DNA from: Mycolicibacterium smegmatis
Lineage (GTDB): Bacteria; Actinomycetota; Actinomycetes; Mycobacteriales; Mycobacteriaceae
Assembly: GCF_001457595.1 (NCBI RefSeq)
Contig: NZ_LN831039.1
Coordinates: 6,330,001 to 6,362,000, forward strand
Length of the DNA: 32,000 nucleotides
Direction: 5' to 3'
Shown: positions 1 through 8,068 of the stretch, in pieces
Position numbering within the stretch: the first letter of the stretch is position 1
How the letters are laid out: the number at the start of each line of letters is the position of its first letter
Notes under the pieces: generated by a model
Seen by the model: only the letters and a program-made list of their open reading frames with translations
What the model was told of the DNA's origin: nothing
Databases searched by the model: none
Translations under genes and position numbers: made by a program

Positions 1-343
1 GCACGCGGCCTCGGCGCTGATCCTGGTGTGCGCAGACGAGGGTGAGGACGAGCGCACCGCGCGCTACGCCGCGGTCGACGCCGGCGCCGCGATCGCTCAG
101 CTGACCATCGAGGCCGTGTCCCGCGGGCTCATCGCGCACCCGATGGCCGGTTTCGACGTCGACGGCGCCCGCGCCGCGTTCGGCGTACCCGACGGTGTGC
201 GCCCGTTCGCGGTGGTCGCGCTGGGACACCTCGGTGACTACGCGACGGCCGACGAGGCCATCGCCGAACGCGACAGCCGCCCGCGTGAACGTCTGCCACT
301 TGAGCAGGTTGCGTTCACGGGCCGATGGGGCAACCCGCTGTAA
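1..343 (+). CDS. Nitroreductase-family protein, C-terminal fragment (5' end lies outside the window)
   Basis: The frame of ORF 26..343 stays open back to nt 2. The translation (..ALILVCADEG..AAVDAGAAIAQLTIEAVSRGLIAHPMAGFD..AFGVPDGVRPFAVVALGH..) resembles the C-terminal half of NADH/FMN nitroreductase-fold proteins. Stop codon at 341-343. Confidence 0.6.
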   Translation, partial: HAASALILVCADEGEDERTARYAAVDAGAAIAQLTIEAVSRGLIAHPMAGFDVDGARAAFGVPDGVRPFAVVALGHLGDYATADEAIAERDSRPRERLPLEQVAFTGRWGNPL

Positions 344-358
344 AGCGCGGTTTGAGTT

Positions 359-422
359 TTAACCACGCTGCAACACTTCGCGACCATCTCCGTAACAGAA
401 ACGTCGGTTACTGCGAGTGAAC
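359..422 (+). promoter_or_regulatory. Candidate GlnR operator: xxAAC pentamers in 11-nt phase upstream of amt
   Basis: TTAAC(359) and GCAAC(370) are 11 nt apart, GTAAC(392) lies 22 nt further on in the same phase, and GTTAC(407) plus TGAAC(418) form a second 11-nt pair. Two pairs fit gTnAC-n6-GnAAC / AC-n9-AC, the actinobacterial GlnR box as I recall it. The site lies 37-100 nt upstream of the amt start in a locally AT-richer spacer. Confidence 0.5.
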
Positions 423-458
423 GGCTTGTTTCGAGCCGCCACCGTGAGGAGATGTTTG

Positions 459-1709
459 ATGGATACCGGAACAACAGCATTCATGCTGTGTTGCATCATC
501 GGGCTCACGCTGATGATCCCTGGCCTGGCGTTGTTCTACGGCGGCATGGTCTCGGTCAAGAGCTCGACCAACATGATGATGATGACCTTCGGCGCGGTCG
601 CCGTCGTCGGCCTGCTGTGGGTCCTCTTCGGGTTCTCCATGGTGTTCGGTACGTCCTACGGCGGATTCGTGGGCAGTTTCACCGAATTCGCCGGCCTGAC
701 CGACCTTCTCGAACCCATGACCACCGTCGACGGGCTGCCGGTCAGCTTGTTCGCGGTGTTCCAGGCGCTGTTCGCGGCGATCACCGTGGCGCTGATCTCC
801 GGTGCGGTGGCCGACCGCATGAAGTTCGGCGCCTGGATGGTGTTCGCGGCGTTCTGGGCCGTGCTGGTGTACTTCCCCGTCGCGCACTGGGTTTTCGCGT
901 TCGACGGTACGGTCACCGAGGATTCGGTCGGCGGCTGGATCGCCAACAGGCTCGGTGCGGTCGACTTCGCGGGCGGTACCGCGGTGCACATCAACGCCGG
1001 CGCGGCCGCGCTCGCGCTGGCGATCGTGCTGGGCAAGTCCGCGATGTTCGGACGGCGCAAGCCTCACAACGTTCCGCTCACGCTCCTCGGCGCGGGCATG
1101 CTGTGGGCCGGTTGGTATGCGTTCAACGGCGGTTCGGCGCTGTCGGCCGGTAACTCCGCGGCCATCGTCATGGTCACCACGTTCGTGGCGACCTGCGCTG
1201 CGGTCCTGGCGTGGATCGCCGTCGAGAAGGTCAAGACCGGTCACGTGACCGGGGTCGGCGCGGCCTCGGGTGCCATCACGGGCCTGGTCGCCATCACGCC
1301 CGCGTGCGGCGCGGTGACGCCGATCGGCGCGATGTTCGTCGGCGGTATCGCGGGCGCGGTGTGCGTGTACGCCGTGGGTCTGAAAGACACGTTCGGGTAC
1401 GACGATTCGCTCGACGTGGTCGGTGTGCACCTCGTCGGCGGCCTGATCGGCACGCTGCTCATCGGCTTCTTCGCCAGCGAGGGCATGCCCAACGGCGTCA
1501 ACGGTCTGTTCTATGGCGGCGGCATCGACCAGTTGTGGAAGCAGGCGGTCGCGGCCGGTGCGGTGATGATCTATTCGTTCGTGCTCGCGTACGTCATCGC
1601 GTTCGCGATCAAGAAGACCATGGGCATCCGCATCTCCCCCGACGAGGAAGAAAAGGGTATCGACGCCAAGTTCCACCGCGACGCGGCGTACGAGCTCGAA
1701 TTCGCCTGA
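459..1709 (+). CDS. amt: Ammonium (methylammonium) transporter, Amt/MEP/Rh family
   Basis: ORF 417..1709. I prefer ATG 459, which has AGGAG at 446-450. The protein is polytopic and hydrophobic, with Amt signatures (..LMIPGLALFYGGM.., ..AVDFAGGTAVHINAGAAALA.., ..DDSLDVVGVHLVGGLIGTLL..). No glnK follows it. Confidence 0.95.
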   Translation: MDTGTTAFMLCCIIGLTLMIPGLALFYGGMVSVKSSTNMMMMTFGAVAVVGLLWVLFGFSMVFGTSYGGFVGSFTEFAGLTDLLEPMTTVDGLPVSLFAVFQALFAAITVALISGAVADRMKFGAWMVFAAFWAVLVYFPVAHWVFAFDGTVTEDSVGGWIANRLGAVDFAGGTAVHINAGAAALALAIVLGKSAMFGRRKPHNVPLTLLGAGMLWAGWYAFNGGSALSAGNSAAIVMVTTFVATCAAVLAWIAVEKVKTGHVTGVGAASGAITGLVAITPACGAVTPIGAMFVGGIAGAVCVYAVGLKDTFGYDDSLDVVGVHLVGGLIGTLLIGFFASEGMPNGVNGLFYGGGIDQLWKQAVAAGAVMIYSFVLAYVIAFAIKKTMGIRISPDEEEKGIDAKFHRDAAYELEFA

Positions 1710-1842
1710 TCCCGTTGATGACTCCCCGGTCCGGCCACCGCAGAAGGTTGTCCGCGGCGTCCGGGTCCGGGGATTCGTCGGCTTGCCGAAGTTTCATGCT
1801 GTGATACATTGATTCCCATCAAGAGACGACGGATTTGACCCA

Positions 1843-3147
1843 ATGACCTCTGATCTCGCCACACTCGCCGAGCAGTCGGGCACCAAGTTCATCCTCGCGT
1901 TGTTCGTCGACCTGCGCGGAAAGCCTTGCGCCAAGCTGGTTCCCGTCGAGGCCATCGACATGCTGGCCACCGAGGGCGTCGGCTTCGCCGGCTACGCCGT
2001 CGGCGCCATGGGCCAGGAACCCAAGGACCCCGACCTGATGGCCCTGCCGGACCCGGCCTCGTTCACGCCCATCCCCTTCATCAAAGAAGGCCTGGCGCTC
2101 GTGCACTGCGACCCGTACGTCGAGGGCAAGCCGTGGCCCTACGCACCGCGCGTGATCCTCAAGAACCTGATCCAGCAGGCCGCCGACGCCGGATTCGAAC
2201 CCTGGGTGGGTGCGGAGGTCGAGTACTTCCTGTTGCGCCGCAACGCCGATGGTTCGCTGGTCACCGCCGACGCCGCCGACACCGCGGCCCAGCCGTGTTA
2301 CGACGCCCGCGGCCTGACCCGCATGTACGACCACCTGACCGCGATCTCGACGGCCATGAACTCCCTGGGCTGGTCCAACTACGCCAACGACCACGAGGAC
2401 GGCAACGGCCAGTTCGAGCAGAACTTCGAGTTCGCCGATGCGCTCACCACGGCCGACCGTGTCATCACCCTGCGCTATCTGCTGTCGATGATCGCCGCTG
2501 AACGCGGCATGGTGGCCACCTTCATGCCCAAGCCGTTCGCCGACCGCACGGGCAGCGGACTGCACTTCCACCTGTCGCTCACCAGCGGCGGCAACCCCGT
2601 CTTCCCGTCGGAGACCGACGAACGCGGGCTCGGCCTGTCCGACACCGCGTATGCCTTCCTGGCGGGCATCCTCGACCACGCCTGTGCCCTGCAGTCCGTC
2701 GTCGCACCAACGGTCAACTCCTACAAGCGAACCGGCGCCACCAGCACCGCATCCGGGGCGTCCTGGGCGCCGCGGCTGCCCAGCTACGGCGGCAACGACC
2801 GCACGCATTACATCCGGGTGCCCGACAACCAGCGCATCGAGATGCGTGGCGGTGACGGCTCGGCCAACCCGTACCTGGCGGTCGCCGCGGCGCTCGGCGC
2901 CGGCCTCGACGGCATCAAACGCAGCATCGACCCGGGCCCGGTCGGCAGCGGCGGCACCACGGCCCTGCCGCCCACGCTGCTGCACGCAGTCGACGCGCTG
3001 GAGGCCGATCCGGTGGTCACCGGCGTGCTCGACGCCGCGGGCGAGGGAGTCGCCACCTACTTCGCAAACCTCAAGCGCGAGGAGTTCTTCACCTATCACG
3101 GCACCGTGACGCCGTGGGAGGTCGACACCTATCTCACTGCTTTCTAG
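1843..3147 (+). CDS. glnT: Glutamine synthetase-like enzyme, short GlnT / gamma-glutamyl-alkylamide synthetase type
   Basis: 434 aa. GS catalytic-domain blocks are present: ..VGAEVEYFLL.., ..NDHEDGNGQFEQNFEF.., ..MPKPFADRTGSGLHFHLSL.., ..SWAPRLPSYGGNDRTHYIRVP..RIEMRGGDGSANPYL... The size and context match GlnT/GmaS-type rather than GSI. Confidence 0.88.
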   Translation: MTSDLATLAEQSGTKFILALFVDLRGKPCAKLVPVEAIDMLATEGVGFAGYAVGAMGQEPKDPDLMALPDPASFTPIPFIKEGLALVHCDPYVEGKPWPYAPRVILKNLIQQAADAGFEPWVGAEVEYFLLRRNADGSLVTADAADTAAQPCYDARGLTRMYDHLTAISTAMNSLGWSNYANDHEDGNGQFEQNFEFADALTTADRVITLRYLLSMIAAERGMVATFMPKPFADRTGSGLHFHLSLTSGGNPVFPSETDERGLGLSDTAYAFLAGILDHACALQSVVAPTVNSYKRTGATSTASGASWAPRLPSYGGNDRTHYIRVPDNQRIEMRGGDGSANPYLAVAAALGAGLDGIKRSIDPGPVGSGGTTALPPTLLHAVDALEADPVVTGVLDAAGEGVATYFANLKREEFFTYHGTVTPWEVDTYLTAF

Positions 3148-3178
3148 ATCCGAAATCCCCGAGAGGAGAACAAACGTC

Positions 3179-4048
3179 ATGTGCGGGATCGTGGGATTGC
3201 ACCTGCGCACAGCCGAGCTGTATCCGAGGCTGGGTGAAATGCTCACCGAGATGCTGTGCGAAATGTCGGACCGCGGCGCCGATTCGGCCGGTGTCGCGGT
3301 CTACGGCGATCCGGTGTGGTCACCGCCCGGGCGCGGCTGCGTCTCGGTGACCGACCTCGCCGAGGCCCCCGATCTCGGTCCCGATGTCGAGGTGGTGCAG
3401 GTCGATTCGACATACCTGCTATCCGCGGACACCCCGTCGGAGGACCTGCTCGAACGTGTCAAGGCTGCCTATCCCTCGGCGCTGATCGCCGGGTTCGGCG
3501 CCGACCTCGCGGTGCTCAAGGGTGTGGGCCATCCGCGTGCGCTCACCGACGCGTGGGGCCTGGTCAAGGCGCAGGGCTGGCAGGGTGTCGGGCACACCCG
3601 CATGGCGACCGAATCCGCCGTGACCCCGTCGGGGTGCCACCCCTACACCGTGGGGCCCGAACAGTGCCTGGTGCACAACGGATCCTTCTCCAACCACGCC
3701 ACCATCCGGCGCGAACTGCGCCGGGCCGGTGTGCAGTTCGACAGCGAGAACGACACCGAGGTGGGCGCGCGGTTCGTCGCCCAACAGCTGGCGGCCGGCC
3801 GCGACGTCCAGACCGCACTCAAGGCACTGTGCGCGACGTTCGACGGCTTCTACACGCTGCTGGTGTCCAACCGCGACTCGTTCGCCGTGGTGCGCGACGC
3901 GATCGCGTGCAAGCCCGCGGTGATCGCCGAGACCGACGAGTGGGTCGCGATGGCCAGCGAGTACCGCGCACTGTCCGGGTTGCCGGGCGTCGAGAAGGCA
4001 CGAATCTGGGAACCCGAACCGGAGGTTGTTTACGCATGGACCAGGTAA
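3179..4048 (+). CDS. Class II (Ntn) glutamine amidotransferase, GlxB/MgsA-like
   Basis: 289 aa beginning M-C-G-I-V-G (an N-terminal nucleophile Cys), with ..GHTRMATES.. and ..LVHNGSFSNH.. blocks typical of PurF/GltS-type amidotransferase domains. Confidence 0.9.
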   Translation: MCGIVGLHLRTAELYPRLGEMLTEMLCEMSDRGADSAGVAVYGDPVWSPPGRGCVSVTDLAEAPDLGPDVEVVQVDSTYLLSADTPSEDLLERVKAAYPSALIAGFGADLAVLKGVGHPRALTDAWGLVKAQGWQGVGHTRMATESAVTPSGCHPYTVGPEQCLVHNGSFSNHATIRRELRRAGVQFDSENDTEVGARFVAQQLAAGRDVQTALKALCATFDGFYTLLVSNRDSFAVVRDAIACKPAVIAETDEWVAMASEYRALSGLPGVEKARIWEPEPEVVYAWTR

Positions 4049-4731
4049 CCGTCAGTCTCACCGAATTCGATCTGCGCACAACACCTCTGCGCGAGGTCAA
4101 CGCAGCACTGCACCAGCCCGGTCTCGAGGGCGAGTTCGTCATCGAACATCCCGCGGGCGCACACAACGTCGCCGTCGGCGTCGACGCGCCGGTCCGGGTC
4201 CGCGTCGAGGGCCACGTCGGCTACTACGCCGCGGGCATGAACCAGCAGGCCGAGATCCTCATCAACGGCAACGCGGGCACCGGTGTCGCCGAGAACATGA
4301 TGAGCGGCACCGTGCGGGTCAAGGGCAACGCCTCGCAGTCCGCGGGCGCCACGGCCCACGGCGGCCTGCTGGTGGTCGAGGGCGACGCCGCGGCGCGTTG
4401 CGGCATCTCGATGAAGGGCATCGACATCGTCGTCGGCGGCAACATCGGCCACATGAGCGCGTTCATGGCACAGGCCGGGCGCCTCGTGGTACGCGGCAAC
4501 GCCGGTGAGGCACTCGGTGATTCGATCTACGAGGCCCGCATCTACGTGCGCGGCGAGGTCGCCTCGCTGGGCGCGGACTGCATCGCCAAGCCGATGCGGC
4601 CCGAGCACCACGCCGAACTCGCCGAACTGCTGGCGGCCGCGGGCTACGACGACGACACGTCGGAGTACGCGCGCTACGGCTCGGCCCGAAACCTGTACCA
4701 CTTCCACGTCGACAATGCGAGCGCCTACTGA
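4036..4731 (+). CDS. GXGXG-motif glutamate-synthase C-terminal-domain protein, GlxC/MgsB-like
   Basis: In-frame ATG 4036 within ORF 3256..4731, overlapping the upstream stop by 13 nt. Repeated beta-helix G-x-G-x-G units are present (..NGNAGTGVAENMMSGTVRVKGNASQSAG..VVEGDAAARCG..VVGGNIGHMSAF..VVRGNAGEALGD..). Confidence 0.9.
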   Translation: MDQVTVSLTEFDLRTTPLREVNAALHQPGLEGEFVIEHPAGAHNVAVGVDAPVRVRVEGHVGYYAAGMNQQAEILINGNAGTGVAENMMSGTVRVKGNASQSAGATAHGGLLVVEGDAAARCGISMKGIDIVVGGNIGHMSAFMAQAGRLVVRGNAGEALGDSIYEARIYVRGEVASLGADCIAKPMRPEHHAELAELLAAAGYDDDTSEYARYGSARNLYHFHVDNASAY

Positions 4732-6074
4732 TGAGCTACACCACCGATGACCGCGCGCGACTCGGCCTGCGCGAATCAGCCACATTCGACCGCACCACGA
4801 TCGCAGCGATCCAGCGGGCCGCCGACACCGGGATCTACGACATCCGCGGCTGGGGCGCCAAGCGTCCGCTTCCCCATTTCGACGACCTGCTGTTCCTGGG
4901 CGCGTCGATGTCGCGCTACCCGCTGGAGGGCTACCGCGAGCGTTGCGGCACCGACGTCGTGCTCGGCGACCGGCACGCCAAACACCCTCTGCACCTCGAC
5001 ATCCCGGTCACCATCGCCGGTATGAGCTTCGGTGCACTGTCGGCCGGGGCCAAGGAGGCACTGGGCCGCGGCGCGAGCGAGGTCGGCACGTCGACCACCA
5101 CGGGCGACGGCGGTATGACGCCCGAGGAGCGCGGCCAGAGCAAGCACCTGGTGTACCAGTACCTGCCCTCGCGCTACGGCATGAACCCCGACGACCTGCG
5201 CAAGGCCGACGCCATCGAGGTGGTGCTGGGCCAGGGCGCCAAGCCGGGCGGTGGCGGAATGCTGCTGGGGCAGAAGATCTCCGAGCGCGTCGCGGGCATG
5301 CGCACGCTGCCGCAGGGCATCGACCAGCGCAGCGCCTGCCGGCATCCGGACTGGACCGGCCCCGACGATCTCACCATCAAGATCAACGAACTGCGTGAGA
5401 TCACCGACTGGGAGAAGCCCATCTACGTCAAGGTCGGCGCCACCCGCACCTACTACGACGTCAAGCTCGCGGTGCACTCCGGTGCCGACGTCGTGGTGGT
5501 CGACGGCATGCAGGGCGGCACGGCCGCCACGCAGGAGGTGTTCATCGAACACGTCGGCATCCCGACGCTGGCCGCGATCCCGCAGGCCGTGCAGGCGCTG
5601 CAGGAACTGGGTGTGCACCGAAAAGTGCAACTGATCGTCTCGGGCGGCATCCGCAACGGCGCCGACGTGGCCAAGGCCCTGGCGCTGGGCGCCGACGCCG
5701 TGGCGATCGGCACGGCAGCAATGATCGCGCTGGGCGACAACCATCCGCGCTACGCTGCCGAGTACGAGAAGATCGGCAGCGCAGCCGGTTTCTACGACGA
5801 CTTCCAGGACGGCCGCGATCCCGCGGGCATCAGCACGCAGGATGCCGAACTCGCGGCGCGATTCGACCCGATCGAGGGCGGGCGCCGGCTGGCCAACTAT
5901 CTGCGCGTGCTGACCATGGAGGCCCAGACCATCGCGCGGGCGTGCGGCAAGGCCCACGTGTGCCACCTGGAACCCGAGGACCTCGTGGCCGTCACGATCG
6001 AGGCCGCCGCGATGGCACGGGTGCCGCTGGCGGGCACCGACTGGATCCCGGGCAGAGGGGCCGCCGCGCTATGA
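4731..6074 (+). CDS. Glutamate-synthase FMN/central-domain protein, GlxD/MgsC-like
   Basis: 447 aa. The start overlaps the upstream stop by 1 nt (TGATG). GltS FMN-domain blocks are present (..IAGMSFGALSAGAKEAL..TTTGDGG.., ..VLGQGAKPGGGGMLLGQK.., ..VVVDGMQGGTAA.., ..LIVSGGIRNGADVAKALALGADAV..). Confidence 0.9.
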   Translation: MSYTTDDRARLGLRESATFDRTTIAAIQRAADTGIYDIRGWGAKRPLPHFDDLLFLGASMSRYPLEGYRERCGTDVVLGDRHAKHPLHLDIPVTIAGMSFGALSAGAKEALGRGASEVGTSTTTGDGGMTPEERGQSKHLVYQYLPSRYGMNPDDLRKADAIEVVLGQGAKPGGGGMLLGQKISERVAGMRTLPQGIDQRSACRHPDWTGPDDLTIKINELREITDWEKPIYVKVGATRTYYDVKLAVHSGADVVVVDGMQGGTAATQEVFIEHVGIPTLAAIPQAVQALQELGVHRKVQLIVSGGIRNGADVAKALALGADAVAIGTAAMIALGDNHPRYAAEYEKIGSAAGFYDDFQDGRDPAGISTQDAELAARFDPIEGGRRLANYLRVLTMEAQTIARACGKAHVCHLEPEDLVAVTIEAAAMARVPLAGTDWIPGRGAAAL

Positions 6075-7258
6075 GCATCACCGCAGACGTCGTGATCGTC
6101 GGCGGCGGTCTGGAAGGAACCGCCGCCGCCTGGGCCCTGAGCCAGCGCGGGGTCACCGATGTGGTTGTCGCCGAACGCAACACCGTGGGGTCCGGCATGA
6201 CCGGCAAGTCCAGCGGGATCGTGCGCTGCCATTACGGCGTGAGCTCGCTGGCGGCCATGGCCGCTGTGGGTCTCGATGTGTTCGAGAAGGCCGAGGAGAT
6301 CTTCGGCGACGACATCGGCTTCCGCCAGACCGGCTACGTCGTCGGCGTGGGCGAACAGAACGTCGACGCGCTGCGCAAGAGCCTGGCCGCACAGCGTCAG
6401 GTCGGTGTGCAGACCGAGGAGATCGACGCCTCGGAAGTGGCCAAGCTGTGGCCGTGGGCCGACCTCGAACCCTTCGCGGCGTTCGGCTGGGAGGCGCGCG
6501 GCGGTTACGGCGACGCCTACCAGACCGCGCAGGCGTTCGCGATCGCCGCACGCGCCGCGGGTGTGCGGATCCGACAGGGCGCCACCGTCACCGAACTGCT
6601 GATGGACGCCGACCGGGTCACCGGAGTGCGGCTGGCCGACGGCACCGAGGTGTCCGCGGGCACCGTCGTCGTCGCCACGGGCGCCTGGACGCGACCGTTC
6701 CTGGCGCCCTACGGTGTCGACATCCCCATCAGGGTGATCCGCGAGCAGATCGTCACCATCTCCCCCGGCCTGGACATCGGCGCCGTCCCGGTGTTCTCGG
6801 ATCTGGTGTCGCTGCAGTACGTGCGCCCCGAACTGGGCGGCGAGATCCTGTTCGGCAACAGCGATCTGGGACACGGCGAGTCGGCCGACCCGGACAACTA
6901 CCTCAACCGCGCCACCGAGGAGTTCGTCGACATCACGGTCGAGAAGGTGGGCACACGGTTCCCCGGTCTCACCGACGCATCCATCACCGGCAGTTACGCG
7001 GGCTGCTACGACGTCACCCCGGACTGGAACCCGGTGATCTCCGAGACCGACGTCGACGGTCTGATCGTGGCGGCCGGTTTCAGCGGGCACGGCTTCAAGA
7101 TCGCCCCCGCCGTGGGCCGGTTGGTGGCCGACCTGGTGGTCGACGGGCACAGTTCCGACCCGCGGATACCCGAGACCGATTTCCGCTTGAGCCGGTTCGC
7201 CGAGGACAATCTGCTCAAGAGCCCGTATCCATATGTGGGGGCGGGAGAGATGCGCTGA
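6071..7258 (+). CDS. FAD-dependent oxidoreductase, DAO / sarcosine-oxidase-beta-like
   Basis: ATG 6071 within ORF 5942..7258 forms an ATGA overlap with the upstream stop. N-terminal dinucleotide fold ..DVVIVGGGLEGTAAAWALSQRG..; C-terminal ..AAGFSGHGFKIAPAVG.. is typical of DAO-family amine oxidases/dehydrogenases. Confidence 0.85.
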   Translation: MSITADVVIVGGGLEGTAAAWALSQRGVTDVVVAERNTVGSGMTGKSSGIVRCHYGVSSLAAMAAVGLDVFEKAEEIFGDDIGFRQTGYVVGVGEQNVDALRKSLAAQRQVGVQTEEIDASEVAKLWPWADLEPFAAFGWEARGGYGDAYQTAQAFAIAARAAGVRIRQGATVTELLMDADRVTGVRLADGTEVSAGTVVVATGAWTRPFLAPYGVDIPIRVIREQIVTISPGLDIGAVPVFSDLVSLQYVRPELGGEILFGNSDLGHGESADPDNYLNRATEEFVDITVEKVGTRFPGLTDASITGSYAGCYDVTPDWNPVISETDVDGLIVAAGFSGHGFKIAPAVGRLVADLVVDGHSSDPRIPETDFRLSRFAEDNLLKSPYPYVGAGEMR

Positions 7259-7284
7259 TCCGACGGGCGACAGGAGGAGATCAC

Positions 7285-7935
7285 GTGAGCGACGACGTTC
7301 CACTGCTTCGCAACAGGTCCGGAACGGCCCGTGAGCGTGATCCGCAGGCGCCGGTCGAGGAACTTGAGTTCGAGGCCGCGATCGGACGCAACGTGCGCCA
7401 ACTGCGCCAGCAGCATGGGCTCACGGTCGCCGAGATGGCCGCGCGGGTGGGCATCTCCAAGGCGATGATGTCCAAGATCGAGAACGCGCAGACCTCCTGC
7501 AGCCTGTCCACGCTGGCGCTGCTGGCCAAGGGTCTCGACGTGCCGGTCACGAGCCTGTTCCGCGGCGCCGATGTGGAACGCCCCGCGGCGTTCGTGAAAG
7601 CCGGCACCGGCCCGGAAATCGTGCGCAACGGCACCAAGCAAGGGCACGAGTACCAATTGCTCAGTTCCCTGCGCGGCGAGCACAAGCGCCTGGAATGCCT
7701 GCACGTCACGCTCACCGAGAAAAGCCAGACCTATCCCCTTTTCCAGCATCCGGGCACCGAATTCATCTACATGCTCGAAGGTGTCATGGACTACAGCCAC
7801 AGCCGCTCGGTGTACCGGCTGCAGCCGGGTGACTCACTGCAGATCGACGGCGAGGGTGCGCACGGACCGGTGGATCTGGTGGAGTTGCCCATCCGTTTTC
7901 TCTCGGTCATCGCATTCCCCGATTCGCAGGTCTGA
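7285..7935 (+). CDS. XRE-family HTH transcriptional regulator with C-terminal cupin domain (PuuR-like architecture)
   Basis: GTG 7285 with AGGAGGA at 7272-7278, in the frame of ORF 6448..7935. HTH_3 block ..IGRNVRQLRQQHGLTVAEMAARVGISKAMMSKIENAQ..; cupin block ..EFIYMLEGVMDY..LQPGDSLQIDGEGAHGP... Confidence 0.85.
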   Translation: MSDDVPLLRNRSGTARERDPQAPVEELEFEAAIGRNVRQLRQQHGLTVAEMAARVGISKAMMSKIENAQTSCSLSTLALLAKGLDVPVTSLFRGADVERPAAFVKAGTGPEIVRNGTKQGHEYQLLSSLRGEHKRLECLHVTLTEKSQTYPLFQHPGTEFIYMLEGVMDYSHSRSVYRLQPGDSLQIDGEGAHGPVDLVELPIRFLSVIAFPDSQV

Positions 7936-8068
7936 CACGGGCGCCGAATACGACATTTCTTCCCCAAATTTATCGGGCACGTAAAATACCCCGATTGCGC
8001 TGCGCAAACACGCGCGCGTGGTTACAGTTCGCGTGACGTTTTCTGGCGGACTTCAAAAGGGGGCCCAG

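Noticed and set aside
417-458. Upstream GTG start for amt (417); likewise GTG 8018 for the NHase beta homologue and the long N-terminal extensions of the ORFs at 3256, 5942, 6448, 18183, 21775, 29791 and 30345
   Set aside because: In each case an internal ATG or GTG with a purine-rich Shine-Dalgarno sequence or a stop/start overlap gives a protein that begins where homologues begin. The upstream extension overlaps the preceding gene or a tRNA and has an artefact-like composition.
1726-1773. GC-rich hairpin after amt as a terminator separating amt from the GS-like gene
   Set aside because: The arms CCCCGGTCCGG / CCGGGTCCGGGG pair only imperfectly (6 bp, a mismatch, then 2 bp), the loop is large, and no T-tract follows. 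That is not enough to call a terminator, so co-transcription remains open.
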